Assembly (NCBI GenBank): GCA_965263355.1
Contig: CBDHHL010000056.1
Coordinates: 1,920,001 to 1,984,000 of the forward strand
DNA length: 64,000 bases
Reading direction: 5' to 3'
Source of the DNA: Leptolyngbyaceae cyanobacterium
Lineage (GTDB): Bacteria > Cyanobacteriota > Cyanobacteriia > Phormidesmidales > Phormidesmidaceae
Position 1 is the first letter of the stretch. Each line of letters opens with the position of its first letter. A program made the position numbers and the translations under genes. The notes beneath the pieces were generated by a model. It was not told the origin of the DNA. It did no database searches and saw only the letters and a list, made by a program, of their open reading frames with translations. Below, piece by piece: positions 9,312-19,941 of the stretch.

Positions 9312-11123
9312 GTGGATTCGACGATGAACGCAATCAGACAAGTAAACCCCATGCATGGCATGGCGCTGCTGGCCATGGCAGCGATTGTGAGCACACTTCC
9401 AGCTACCGCTCAAGACTCCTTGCCGAGGAGTGTGTCTACATCACAATCAGTAAGTATGGGGCCAGCGCCTCAAGGCTATGGTGTATTGCATGTCAATGTA
9501 GTGACGGGGAGTGATCAACAGGGGGCAGGCAGTGCTGAGCGGCCTTTCAAAACAATTACCCAAGCCTTGCGCAAGGCACCGACTACCAGCACGGTGATCT
9601 TGTTAGCACCGGGGCATTATAGCCAAGACTCTGGCGAACAGTTTCCCCTGCGTTTACGACCTGGCATTACGATTCAGGGGAATTCAGGTGAGACGCGGAA
9701 TACGCTAATTGTGGGGGGAGGTGAGTTTCAAGTTGGGAACGGGACTCAAAACACCACCATTGTGACGGCTGATCGTTCGGGACTCGCTAATATTCTGGTG
9801 TCTAATGCCAACGGTAGTGGCGTATGGATTACCGCTGGGTCGCCTATTCTTAGAAGAGTGGCTTTAGTTTCTAATGCAGTTGCTGGGGTGCAAGTCACTG
9901 ATAGTGCCCCCGTCATTGAAAACAGCTATTTCCATGGCAATCAGTATGGTTTGACAATTCAGGGTGATGGTCACGCGCTGATTCGAGGCAATTATTTTGA
10001 AGAGACAGGTCGTGCTATTACTGTGACTAGTCCAGCCACCCCAACCATCAACAACAATCGTATTGCCCGTAATCAGGTGGGTATCGTCTTAAAAAACAAT
10101 GCTCGCCCCCTAGTCAATGCTAACGCCCTGGTCAGTAATGACCGAAACGGAGTGGTCGAGGTGGAGTCCACTAGAGCCACAGCACCAACACCCACCAACC
10201 AATCGGAGGTGGAGCCCCATGGAGCGCCTGGCAATATATCGGCTGACAGAGGACAAGAGCCCCCAGCGGTCCTTATTCAGCCAGAAGCCGTAGTCACCGA
10301 TGGGCTAACTGAGCCAGTGAATACTGAACCAGTAGTGAATACTAACGAACCTGACGATGATGCCCATCAGGTGGCATCTGAGGTTATCTCTGGGGAGGAC
10401 ACGGCAACGGGTGCGATCGCATCCTTCAGAGCGCACCTAGCCAGAGAACGCCCGGCTGTTTTATCGGCCCCTGCGCCAGTCTCAGCAGCACAAGCTGCCC
10501 CCTTAGACAGTCCTCAGACAAGTAGCTCACCAAACCTTGATGAAGCTGTTCCCCACACCGCCGATAATGCCGTGATGAACGATACTCAGACCATTGCTGA
10601 AGACGGTATTCCCATTGCTGTAATTCCAGCCAGTGAGCCAGAGACTACTCCAAATAATTCGGCCAATAACGAGAACGAGCGACGGGAGGGGATTTCTAAG
10701 CTGCTGGCCCGATTAAACCGTAATCGAGAGTCGGCACTATCTCCATCCGAGAATACTGTTGCTGTAACAACGCCAACAGTATCCGTACCAGATATACCAA
10801 CACCGGATGTGCCAACATTTGACGAACCTACCGCAAATCAGCGATTACCTGTCCCCTCTGTAACGATTCCCAGTGGTAGTAGTTCAATTAACCTGACACC
10901 ACCAGGGACAATGGCTCTGACTAAAACCTTTCGGTACCGTGTGCTGGTGGACATGGCAGATGCAGAAGACTTAGAGAATTTAGTGCCGGATGCATTTCGT
11001 ACCCAGGTGGGCAGTCGTATGTTTATGCAGGCGGGCGCTTATGTCGATGAGGCGGAGGCTCAAGATCGGCTGGAATGGCTCCAGGAGAATGGTATTGAAG
11101 GACAAATCAATTTAAGAAATTAA
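9312..11123 (+). CDS. Secreted DUF1565/beta-helix protein with Pro/acidic linker and SPOR-like C-terminus
   Basis: Signal peptide, GSAERPFKTITQAL, LAPGHYS...GEQFPL, parallel beta-helix repeats, QAGAY motif at end. Confidence 0.8.
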   Translation: MDSTMNAIRQVNPMHGMALLAMAAIVSTLPATAQDSLPRSVSTSQSVSMGPAPQGYGVLHVNVVTGSDQQGAGSAERPFKTITQALRKAPTTSTVILLAPGHYSQDSGEQFPLRLRPGITIQGNSGETRNTLIVGGGEFQVGNGTQNTTIVTADRSGLANILVSNANGSGVWITAGSPILRRVALVSNAVAGVQVTDSAPVIENSYFHGNQYGLTIQGDGHALIRGNYFEETGRAITVTSPATPTINNNRIARNQVGIVLKNNARPLVNANALVSNDRNGVVEVESTRATAPTPTNQSEVEPHGAPGNISADRGQEPPAVLIQPEAVVTDGLTEPVNTEPVVNTNEPDDDAHQVASEVISGEDTATGAIASFRAHLARERPAVLSAPAPVSAAQAAPLDSPQTSSSPNLDEAVPHTADNAVMNDTQTIAEDGIPIAVIPASEPETTPNNSANNENERREGISKLLARLNRNRESALSPSENTVAVTTPTVSVPDIPTPDVPTFDEPTANQRLPVPSVTIPSGSSSINLTPPGTMALTKTFRYRVLVDMADAEDLENLVPDAFRTQVGSRMFMQAGAYVDEAEAQDRLEWLQENGIEGQINLRN

Positions 11124-11129
11124 CAATTC

Positions 11130-12878
11130 TTAGAAAATCATGTCTAGATCATAGTCTTGTAGATTCATCCTATGGATTGCCCTGGCATCAATTTGGTTAT
11201 CGTTCCATGTAGCGACTAGTACCTCATGGTTACTCACCGACGTTAGGGCTGTAATCCCTTCTGGTCCTTGAATTCCACCAATGGGATACCAATCACGATC
11301 TAGCAATACCATCCGGCCTTTGATATCGCAGAAGAGATACCCCCAGGGTAAATCGAACATGAACTTAGGACATATATCCATCGGTATACGAGTCATTCGT
11401 AAGGGTTTGAGCATTAGGTAAATGACTGTCTGGGGAGCCTTGACATCGATAGCTAGCCACTGATGGGGCTTTCCCATGGGTGTCAACTGTTGTAACGTAA
11501 TGCCCAAGTTAAGAGACGTCAGATACATACCCCGCCGATTCCATAGCAGGAGCCGACTGCCCATTTGTTCAGAATTACTTAAAACCCCTATGTGACCGCC
11601 ATCCAGGGCTAAAATCTGGCTGATATCAATATCGGGGGCGAGAGGGCAGCGAATAGGACAAACGGCTGTTTCAGATTTAGATAATGGGGCAATGGTCAAT
11701 TGCTGATTAGCAAAATCGGCCCAAGCAGCCCACCGATGACGGGGGTCAACAGCAACCTTCACAGGCGTTTGCCACTGGTTGAAGAGAGTTAAGCTACCAT
11801 AGTTTGCTCCATTCCAGAGGGCATACTTTGTCGCTACAAATAATCCGGTTTTTGATGGATATATCTCCTGGATAGGACTATCTAAGATCTGTTCAGAAAT
11901 TGTCAGTGAGTTCTGCTGTAGAACGGCTATTTGTGGGCCATAGGCTATTAAGGTTTGAGGAGTGATGGTGGCGTTACTGAGTAGTTCTTGTAAAGAATTG
12001 ACAGGCTGGGTCAACCTGTATAAGGCTGACCCCGTGTAGGGAGAATAATCTGTTAATTCGACATGACGTGGTCGTGTTACCTCCAGATCGAGAGGCTCCA
12101 GTCGTCGCCAATCGGCAAGCATTTCGGTAGCGGTCGGATAGCGACGGGCTGGTAACTTTTCTAAGGCCTTGGCAACAATTTTTTTTATGGGGTCACTAAG
12201 CTGCTCTGCCTCAGGTACAGGCTGGTTCAGGTGGGCTAATTGTAGGGCTGTCGGAGTGCCTGTAAATGGTCGTCGCCCTACGATTAACTCAAACAGCATG
12301 ACCCCCACTGCATATACATCCGCAGCAGGGGAATATTGTCGGTAAAAACGTTCAGGAGCCATATAGGCAGGGGAGCCGGTTTGGCCTGAGCCGCTTTGAT
12401 TAGGCTGATCCTGGACAAGTTTAGCAATGCCAAAATCTGAGATCCTAGCCCGCCAGCGGCCATCACAGTAGCTGAGTAAAATATTTTCAGGTTTGACGTC
12501 ACAATGGACGATACCCTGTTGATGGGCATGGGCCAGCCCCTGAAGTACATCTGTAATCAGATTGAAAATTTCAGTCAGGCTCAAAGGGGTAAGCATGTGC
12601 GATCGCAACGTCCCCCCCGCACAATACTCCAACACTAGCCTGCGACCATCTTCAGAATGTTCTACCGCATGACAGGTAACAATATTGGTATGTGACAAGC
12701 TCAGTAAGCAATGCAGCTCCTGCAAAAAAGCATGGGTAGATAAGCTATGACGATGAAGATACTTAATCGCTACCAGCTGCCCTGTCCTACGATGAATCCC
12801 ACAATAGACCCGTCCAAACTGACCGTTACCGACCAGCCCTAACAGGCGATAGCTAGAGCGCTGATGGCGAACATTCAC
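11130..12878 (-). CDS. Ser/Thr protein kinase (SpkG-like, end of Pap-like operon)
   Basis: GNGQFGRV, VAIK, HCDVKPEN, DFG, APE motifs. Confidence 0.92.
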   Translation of the reverse strand: MNVRHQRSSYRLLGLVGNGQFGRVYCGIHRRTGQLVAIKYLHRHSLSTHAFLQELHCLLSLSHTNIVTCHAVEHSEDGRRLVLEYCAGGTLRSHMLTPLSLTEIFNLITDVLQGLAHAHQQGIVHCDVKPENILLSYCDGRWRARISDFGIAKLVQDQPNQSGSGQTGSPAYMAPERFYRQYSPAADVYAVGVMLFELIVGRRPFTGTPTALQLAHLNQPVPEAEQLSDPIKKIVAKALEKLPARRYPTATEMLADWRRLEPLDLEVTRPRHVELTDYSPYTGSALYRLTQPVNSLQELLSNATITPQTLIAYGPQIAVLQQNSLTISEQILDSPIQEIYPSKTGLFVATKYALWNGANYGSLTLFNQWQTPVKVAVDPRHRWAAWADFANQQLTIAPLSKSETAVCPIRCPLAPDIDISQILALDGGHIGVLSNSEQMGSRLLLWNRRGMYLTSLNLGITLQQLTPMGKPHQWLAIDVKAPQTVIYLMLKPLRMTRIPMDICPKFMFDLPWGYLFCDIKGRMVLLDRDWYPIGGIQGPEGITALTSVSNHEVLVATWNDNQIDARAIHRMNLQDYDLDMIF

Positions 12879-12919
12879 ATCAATGTATCCCTAGCATCCA
12901 TTGATCCATTGGCACGTTA

Positions 12920-13588
12920 CTAGGCTCCCTGCTCTACCAGTAACCCCATAATCTCAGTATGGGAAAGACACTGATCTACACCGGTTTCTGCCAGGACCAG
13001 CCGCTCTTTGAGACCCAAAACAAAACAGTTTTCGTTTGCCCCCAGGGACTCACAGGCCGTTTGAACACAATGCAAATTTTGACCACTCAACTCACTAAAA
13101 AATACCTGTAATGCACCCATTTCCAAAAAACCTACAGGTCGTTCTAACTTAGGGGCATATTCAATAAATGCCGATGCACGGATTTTGATGACCAAAAAAC
13201 CTTGGGATTGGTAGCTTTTATCTAGGCTAATCTGGCCCCAACCGTGAGTGCCCCAACACTGCTGTAACGCTTGCATAAACTCAGCCATCGATAAACTTGA
13301 CACAGACCGATTATGGTAGTCAGTGAGTTCTTCGCAAAAGCGTATATAGAAGTTTTTCCCCCACCAGCGCCCACAGTTATACAACACCAGCATTGCTGCC
13401 TGACCCGTTTCCTTATCTAAACCAGCATAAATGGCTCGAATTAGCGTGTCAGGCAAGGCTAGCAGCCGATCACCACGACGATTTTCTAATAATCCCAGCT
13501 CAAGTGTGCCATGTACGTACACATCACTGGCAAAGTAGTTAGCCGTCAGGTTATTCTCTGCAAGTATGTCGGCTACCGATACCATCAA
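12920..13588 (-). CDS. V4R (4-vinyl reductase) domain protein
   Basis: CGRWWG, HGWG, CVQTACESLGANENCF; paralogous to 14571-15251. Confidence 0.88.
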   Translation of the reverse strand: MMVSVADILAENNLTANYFASDVYVHGTLELGLLENRRGDRLLALPDTLIRAIYAGLDKETGQAAMLVLYNCGRWWGKNFYIRFCEELTDYHNRSVSSLSMAEFMQALQQCWGTHGWGQISLDKSYQSQGFLVIKIRASAFIEYAPKLERPVGFLEMGALQVFFSELSGQNLHCVQTACESLGANENCFVLGLKERLVLAETGVDQCLSHTEIMGLLVEQGA

Positions 13589-13670
13589 GCTTCCTCTGGA
13601 GTCTCCTACAAAACTATACTTATGTGAATAATTCTATCATCAGAGAGTTTACTCAATCAGAACAGAGGAT

Positions 13671-14150
13671 TTACTCCTCGGCTTGTAATAGTTGCTGTGC
13701 AGATTCTAGAGCCGGTTTCAGGAGGGTAAATTGAGAATCGGTCAACAGCCTCGGTAGCTGTTGACTAAGGGAACGCTGCAGTAATGTATCAATTGCTTTG
13801 GTCTGGTAAACCGTCACCATGGTTGGCAACCACCCTTCGAGTCGTCGTCGCCCCAGGTGGACATCATCCACCAGCATGCCAAGGGCGGCATATCGCAGAA
13901 TCAAAATTGTTTGCTTAATGCTTTGTTCGAGGGAACTAGTATTTTCCCTCAACTCAGCAGGCAGTCGATCTACCAGTTCTTGGATCAGGTTAACTTCCCA
14001 TTCTCGCAGCTGACGATAGGCCCGAATGCGATCTGCCAAACTACCAACATACTGCCCAAGTTTGCTTAATTCTTGAGCTGTCAGATAGCCCTTATCTGGC
14101 TGTAGCTCAATCTGTCGCAAAATGTGTTGGCTAGGAGTCGTCATGGTCAT
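13671..14150 (-). CDS. Phycobiliprotein-like (globin-fold) protein
   Basis: GYLTAQEL N-terminal motif, ILRYAALGML; lacks canonical chromophore Cys. Confidence 0.75.
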   Translation of the reverse strand: MTMTTPSQHILRQIELQPDKGYLTAQELSKLGQYVGSLADRIRAYRQLREWEVNLIQELVDRLPAELRENTSSLEQSIKQTILILRYAALGMLVDDVHLGRRRLEGWLPTMVTVYQTKAIDTLLQRSLSQQLPRLLTDSQFTLLKPALESAQQLLQAEE

Positions 14151-14271
14151 GCTAGAGGACAGCTTATATTCAAGACTTGAGCATAGCAGTAACCGTCAGT
14201 ACTCCCTCTCATTTAGATTACTGACCTATAGCGTCCTCTAGTCAGACAGTTTGTCCGGGCATAGACAAAGT

Positions 14272-14574
14272 TTAGAACAAAGCCGATAGGTCTTCTAGCG
14301 TCAAGGTATCGCTCCCCGTAGAGTCTATCTCATCAGAGGCAAGCACATCCCAATTGTTAGACGGTATTGCTGTCGCTGTACCTTGCCAAGGAAATGTACT
14401 AAAAAACTGTCCCACTGTTTCATAGGGAGAGGTTTCTAAGGTCACATCATCAAGACCTGACAATGCGAACGCATACCAATTAATTTGCTGAAAAAAGTCA
14501 CTGACCGAAAGCACTTCTAAGCCTTGACTATGTTGGCTAGTTAGAGGAGGCTGGCTCAGATTGCTCACCATCAC
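14272..14574 (-). CDS. Hypothetical acidic protein of Pap-like operon
   Basis: Repeated V..FF....W motif, C-terminal LEDLSALF; overlaps upstream stop. Confidence 0.75.
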   Translation of the reverse strand: MMVSNLSQPPLTSQHSQGLEVLSVSDFFQQINWYAFALSGLDDVTLETSPYETVGQFFSTFPWQGTATAIPSNNWDVLASDEIDSTGSDTLTLEDLSALF

Positions 14575-15251
14575 AATGAGTCTCCAGAGCGCAAACGCTT
14601 TTCGATGTCGCTAGCGGTCGCCCCTTCATTTAACCAAAAGGCTGCTGCGTCAATCCGCTCTTTAGCACCTAGCAAAAATTTACAGTAGGTTTCGCCCATG
14701 GAGTAACATTGAATCTCAATACAGCTCAGCTGCTTACGCACCATCTCCGTAAAAAAGCCAGCATACAGCCCAGCATAGAGATAGCAAACTGGCTTGCCCA
14801 CGTCTCCCAGGGTACGGGCTACCGCTGAATCAAAAAGATTGATAAACATAAATCCCTGGGAACGATCAGCCATGTCAATTTCCCAACGTCCCCAGCCTTG
14901 AGCCGTGAAGGGCCACCACCAGGTTTCTAACAAAAACATTAGATTGGCCTGCTGTGGACTGATGTTGTATTCCCGCTCAAACCACTGATCAAAAAACAGT
15001 GAGTCCTGCTTACCCCATTCCAAACCGATGGAATACATTACAGCTGCCGAAGCCGCGCCAACTTCTTCCTCCAACCCTTCTAACAAACCGATAATAAAAT
15101 CTTCGCTGGTCAGAATATTGCGGCTACCATTCCAGTCAGAAATCGTGCCCACCGATGTATTGAATTGGAAAAAATCGGAAAACTTATAGTGGTTATGCTT
15201 GTGGGGGTATTGCTGACGTAGCTGGTGAGACAGAACCGACGGGGTATCCAT
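14571..15251 (-). CDS. V4R domain protein
   Basis: WWWPFTAQGWG, GKPVC, CIEIQCYSMGETYCKF. Confidence 0.92.
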   Translation of the reverse strand: MDTPSVLSHQLRQQYPHKHNHYKFSDFFQFNTSVGTISDWNGSRNILTSEDFIIGLLEGLEEEVGAASAAVMYSIGLEWGKQDSLFFDQWFEREYNISPQQANLMFLLETWWWPFTAQGWGRWEIDMADRSQGFMFINLFDSAVARTLGDVGKPVCYLYAGLYAGFFTEMVRKQLSCIEIQCYSMGETYCKFLLGAKERIDAAAFWLNEGATASDIEKRLRSGDSL

Positions 15252-15288
15252 AGGGCTTGATGTACCTGGACGTACTTTTAGGGTAACG

Positions 15289-15759
15289 CTATTGACCTAG
15301 TAAAAGCCTGGCCTGAGCTAAAATTGGGCAAAATAGCTCAGCCTCTTGGGGTGTAAGATATTGACGCACGACATCCTGCATGACTTTGTAAGTAATATTG
15401 CAGCTTGGCTGTGCCTTAAAGGATCGCATAATCGATTGAAACCATAGTAGAAAGCTTTCTTCGAAACCTTCTTCATCGGCTACTAACAGGGCATGGGCAC
15501 AGTAACGTAACCCCCTCACAGCATCACGTTGCCATTTAGCGCTAAAGTCTACTTTGCCACGCTGGAGCAATTGAGGATCGGCAGCTTTTAACTTTTTCTT
15601 AACCTGCTGGATAATCTCTTTTTCGGCTTTCTGAATTTTTTGGTAAGCACTAAATCGCAGACGAGCTGTTTTCAAATAATCTTGCAAAAATAGCAGCTCA
15701 GTATCGGTGGCATAGCGACCATCTACTTCACGGACAAGGGTTTGCAGTTGGCTCAGCAT
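15289..15759 (-). CDS. Phycobiliprotein-like protein
   Basis: DGRYATDTEL, RD...LRY pattern of the phycobilisome fold; start moved to ATG 15759. Confidence 0.8.
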   Translation of the reverse strand: MLSQLQTLVREVDGRYATDTELLFLQDYLKTARLRFSAYQKIQKAEKEIIQQVKKKLKAADPQLLQRGKVDFSAKWQRDAVRGLRYCAHALLVADEEGFEESFLLWFQSIMRSFKAQPSCNITYKVMQDVVRQYLTPQEAELFCPILAQARLLLGQ

Positions 15760-15857
15760 AGGGGAAACGGCAGTGGGCAGCAGTAGGGTGGGGAAGCCCA
15801 CCAGAAAGGAGGGTTAGAGTACCATATGTCCGTCAAAAAAACGTCCACATAAGACTA

Positions 15858-16202
15858 CTAGTAGCGGGGAATCGACCTATCTACAAGGCGTGCATAGGCG
15901 TCGATGCCGCCAGAGAGGTTTTTGGTTTGCTCAAAGCCTTGACGCTGAAGCCATTGACACATTTGGGCAGAACGCATGCCATGGTGACACATAACGATGG
16001 TTTCAAGGTTTGGGTCTAAGTGGGTAAAAATTTGCTCAGCCCAGTCTGGATATTGACTGAGGGGTAAATGGACAAAGTTGGGTAGGTGTGCGATCGCAAC
16101 TTCCTCGGGTTCCCGCACATCTACCAGTTGTAATTCTTTCTCGGCCAACCGCTGAGCAAAGTCTGGCGCTGATATTTCTTCGACACCTGCTATTCCGTAC
16201 AT
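15858..16202 (-). CDS. Rhodanese-like sulfurtransferase
   Basis: LVDVREPEE, CHHGMRS, NLSGGIDAY. Confidence 0.92.
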   Translation of the reverse strand: MYGIAGVEEISAPDFAQRLAEKELQLVDVREPEEVAIAHLPNFVHLPLSQYPDWAEQIFTHLDPNLETIVMCHHGMRSAQMCQWLQRQGFEQTKNLSGGIDAYARLVDRSIPRY

Positions 16203-16316
16203 AGATCGTTTTTGATATCGTCATCACCTATTGACTAGGGTAACGTTTGCAATTAGCAAAAAAGAGGTTAGCAACAACCCTAGATTGAACAACTATTGAG
16301 CATCTACATTAAGATG

Positions 16317-18617
16317 TCATGGCTCTAGCCATGTCGTTGGCAGTAAACAAGGAGGTAGCACAGGGCGAGGAGCTAGCACAGTCGGTATCCCTGATTGCCT
16401 AATGCTATCTAGAAAACAACCATACTGATATTTCACATCAAGCCGTTGCGAGAAAATGCTGTGGGAATTTTTAATTCCATCTCCCTCATATTGCACCACA
16501 ATACCCGTGTACGGTATCCCCGTTTCACTTACCATATTCTGAGCAATTGGATAGGATAAAACCCCCTCTAGCCCATCTAACGCCAAGGATGTCTGCATTT
16601 CAGGCCATAATGTAGGGCCAGCCTGTTGCACACCACTCGCTAGGGCAACTGCATCAAAGACAGCCTCAGGAAAATCACTATCGAACTGTCCCACAGGTTG
16701 ATAAATTGATCGTACTGGATGACCAGGTAGAGGGCGTCTAGCAATCCGAGGCATATACACCATTGGTTCTACCGGTTCCCAAGCAGTCTGAAGCAGTCGT
16801 AAAGCTGGGTATAGATGGTTGAGTGGCTCTGGCTGTTTGAGCGTTTGCCCCAGTAGTCTGCCAATCTCACGAAAATCATCGACTACACAATCATCAGGTA
16901 AGTCTTCTAGGGAAAATCCCCGTGCTCGGAGACCTTCACAGTAGCCTGGTAAGGCTGCTTCTAAGTTGGCTTGACGCTCATCTGAATGGGCCAAAATTGA
17001 AAACAATAATGCCCAAAAGCCACCTGATCCTGTGGGAATAACCGCTCCAATTTTAGGTTCGACCGCTGCCATCATGACAGCATATTGGGCCCCTTGGGAT
17101 TGCCCCAAAGCAATTACCGAATCCGTATTCAATCGAAAATGAGTTTCTTCAGCAGGCAACGTGGGGCCTGGACACCCTTCTAGCGCTGCTGCTGGAATCT
17201 GTAAGGTCTCCAGCGCCGATAATAAGAGACGCTGCTCAATCACCCCTTGACGGAATGTATCTCGATAAGCAGAGAGATTTACTGGATTAAGATAAATACG
17301 GCCATCCAACAACTCTGAAAAGACTATAGCAGCGACATTATCAAGACGTTCTGGGTTAAGGGGCAATGCACTGGCAACCGAGGCAAAGCCATGGCGACCG
17401 ACTACATCAGCGGGACCTCGATCTGGCAATCGATTGAGTTCCGGTTCCAGGCCTTGATTTATCAGTCGCTCTAGATTTGGTTTGGGGACCGGCCCCCGGT
17501 CGACCACCTGGGTACTGAGTCCACCCGTGCCGTGGTAATAAGCCACCAATGGATATCCTTCTAGTGGCATGGTAGTTTTGGGCAACGTAATTACCAAGGG
17601 GACTGTCTGATACCGTTGGCGCTTTAGATTGCCATGGTCATCAAAGACAAATAAACCCTCCTTTTCTTCGTACCTGAAGTAGGGAGGAAAACCTTGTTGA
17701 AATTGGGGCAGTTTAATTGTGGCGGTAAATTTGCAGTAGTCGAGATCTGAGATAGTTTGGGTAGAATCGTACTCGACTGAACGAATACTAGGAGTATATG
17801 TCTTCAGAACATGATCTGAAAGTTGTGCCATGTCGGTCACCACATCTCCAGTGGTAAAAACTGTGGCGACCACTACACTTTCTCGATTAATACCTAACTT
17901 GTCGAGGGTTTCCCATAGAGGATTATAGAGAACATAGGCCAGAAACTTCCGTCGCATCTGTCCTGGAGGAATATTGCCCTGCCTCAATTGAGCAAAGACA
18001 TCTGTAGTATGCAATGACTGACCATTGGCATCCTTGAGGGAATCTCGCACTACATAGGCATACTGACGATTGGGCTTGAGCACAATACCTGGATAGGGTG
18101 AAACGGCCAGCAAGTGCTCAGGTACATAGAATGGATCGGGAGCTAGGGTGGAAGCTACAACGGGAAATAAACGCCCCCGCTCCGGTGAATTGCGATCAAT
18201 ATCAATCAGAAGAATAGGGGAGTCGATGTCCGCTGGAATCAATTGCTCAACATCTAGCGGTGCAAGGGATTGGTTGAAGTGGAAATAGCCTGCAGCAGTG
18301 GTGGGGAAGCCGGTGCGATCGCTAGCAATGGTTTTGAGACGCTTAAATAGGCCAACGCCAAATTGTGAATAAACTGGAAATGCTGACAGATCAGGTTGTC
18401 TATTTTCATCGAGGCGAAAATCTGACGGATAGGGCAGATTGTAAAACTGATCTTCATCTTGCAAATCAGCATTGAGATCAAAGGTGGCCGTTGTTTTGCT
18501 AATCGTTTGAGCAAGAACAGCAGCAGCAGGGAAATTTGAGCTAATGAAAAGAAAGCTGAGGGCTAAGCCTAGTTTGCGCCAGTTTCGAAGGCTGTTAGAA
18601 ACCACTGAAGATGTCAT
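16317..18617 (-). CDS. Secreted alpha/beta-hydrolase-fold protein (lipase-like) with N-terminal Ig-like region
   Basis: Signal peptide, PYPSD, YYHGTGG oxyanion motif, GQSQG nucleophile elbow, C-terminal D and H candidates. Confidence 0.7.
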   Translation of the reverse strand: MTSSVVSNSLRNWRKLGLALSFLFISSNFPAAAVLAQTISKTTATFDLNADLQDEDQFYNLPYPSDFRLDENRQPDLSAFPVYSQFGVGLFKRLKTIASDRTGFPTTAAGYFHFNQSLAPLDVEQLIPADIDSPILLIDIDRNSPERGRLFPVVASTLAPDPFYVPEHLLAVSPYPGIVLKPNRQYAYVVRDSLKDANGQSLHTTDVFAQLRQGNIPPGQMRRKFLAYVLYNPLWETLDKLGINRESVVVATVFTTGDVVTDMAQLSDHVLKTYTPSIRSVEYDSTQTISDLDYCKFTATIKLPQFQQGFPPYFRYEEKEGLFVFDDHGNLKRQRYQTVPLVITLPKTTMPLEGYPLVAYYHGTGGLSTQVVDRGPVPKPNLERLINQGLEPELNRLPDRGPADVVGRHGFASVASALPLNPERLDNVAAIVFSELLDGRIYLNPVNLSAYRDTFRQGVIEQRLLLSALETLQIPAAALEGCPGPTLPAEETHFRLNTDSVIALGQSQGAQYAVMMAAVEPKIGAVIPTGSGGFWALLFSILAHSDERQANLEAALPGYCEGLRARGFSLEDLPDDCVVDDFREIGRLLGQTLKQPEPLNHLYPALRLLQTAWEPVEPMVYMPRIARRPLPGHPVRSIYQPVGQFDSDFPEAVFDAVALASGVQQAGPTLWPEMQTSLALDGLEGVLSYPIAQNMVSETGIPYTGIVVQYEGDGIKNSHSIFSQRLDVKYQYGCFLDSIRQSGIPTVLAPRPVLPPCLLPTTWLEP

Positions 18618-18787
18618 CTCGATTTTTGGAGCATTTTCATCAGTATAGAGGCAACCTTGCCTCCAGGATCTACATGGTGCAAAAGCTTGAATTGTCTTTA
18701 TTTCCTTATCGACACTTTACAGAACCTGATAGAAACCTGTTAACCAGGGCTGTAGTTCAGCTTAACACTCAACGAAAAACCACAATC

Positions 18788-19519
18788 ATGACTGCCGCTC
18801 TCTCTTCTCCATCATCTCTCATCAGCAAGACCTCTCCTTTCTGGAGTCGTTACTTTACTCAAAATGCAAAACGTTGGGAAGAATTTATCAAAATGTTTGA
18901 GGCTCAGAATTTAACATTGAATGCAGCATTTGTTAAATCGATCCAAACGTTTCAATTAGGAGAACAATCTGAGGGGCGTTGTTTGATGCAGCTAGCTCAG
19001 CAGTATGCCGACACCCATGGAGATCCTGAGTATGTTCAGACAATTCGACAGTTTATTAAAGAAGAACAGCGGCACGCACACTTCTTAAAGTTGGCACTAC
19101 AGGCGCATGGTTCCACTGTTATAGAGAAAAATTGGACGGACAATCTCTTTCGTAAAATCCGTAAACTATGTGGTTTAGAGATGATGGCATCAGTTCTATT
19201 TACCGCTGAAATTATTGCTGTGACTTACTATGGTTGCCTGGCAAAGGTGAGCGAACATCCATTGGCGAGACAATTATTTGAGCGCATTCTGCAGGATGAA
19301 GCAATGCATCTTAAGTTTCATGGAGAACATTTACGGAAGTTACGCAGCCGAGGGCGATGGAGCAATTTTCGCAGTGGATTGAATCGTGGTTTTATGTGGG
19401 CAGTCGCCGCTGTGGTATGGCGCGAACATTATGTGGTATTGCACCATGGTTTTAAGTCATTTAGACAGTTTTTGAAGCGGTGCGATGGGCAGCTAACCCA
19501 GGTAATTATAGATTTTTAA
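18788..19519 (+). CDS. Ferritin-like di-iron domain protein
   Basis: FQLGE, EEQRH, AEIIA, DEAMH carboxylate/His motifs; start set to ATG 18788. Confidence 0.85.
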   Translation: MTAALSSPSSLISKTSPFWSRYFTQNAKRWEEFIKMFEAQNLTLNAAFVKSIQTFQLGEQSEGRCLMQLAQQYADTHGDPEYVQTIRQFIKEEQRHAHFLKLALQAHGSTVIEKNWTDNLFRKIRKLCGLEMMASVLFTAEIIAVTYYGCLAKVSEHPLARQLFERILQDEAMHLKFHGEHLRKLRSRGRWSNFRSGLNRGFMWAVAAVVWREHYVVLHHGFKSFRQFLKRCDGQLTQVIIDF

Positions 19520-19527
19520 GCGGTTTT

Positions 19528-19555
19528 ACTCGCTTCCAAGGCTCTATCTGAAGCG
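19528..19555 (+). repeat. Partial REP/REPIN-like repeat copy A
   Basis: ACTCGCTTCCAAGGCTCTATCTGAAGCG resembles copies at 20535 and 20921. Confidence 0.55.
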
Positions 19556-19941
19556 GACTATGGACTCCGTGGTTCCGTTGTTGTTAGCGAAATTATTTGC
19601 CAAATAGCCAGCTAAACAGCACTGCAATCAGAGCTTTTTTGCCAGTGTAAACCTTACAGGTACCAGCAGTCATCTGAGTGATCTCCATAAGCGCTTGCTC
19701 GATGTCGTTGTTAGGTAAGTCGGGGGTTAGTTTATCCAAAGAAGTTATCGAGCCTCTAGTTACAATCTTAAGCCAGATATTCCTAATCGTAGGGAATCAT
19801 ATCATTCGTAGAATACCCATTTTGCTGAGGTTTACTTTACTTAAACGGTGTTAAATACACTGCCAGTATGGGGGGTATATATCAGAATAATAGCGAAACC
19901 CAAGGGTTTGACTTACAGTTGAGCTAGCGCTAGAGGGCAAA

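Noticed and set aside
9068..9394. 108-aa minus-strand ORF
   Set aside because: Overlaps the DUF1565 gene start and the 73-bp repeat; likely spurious
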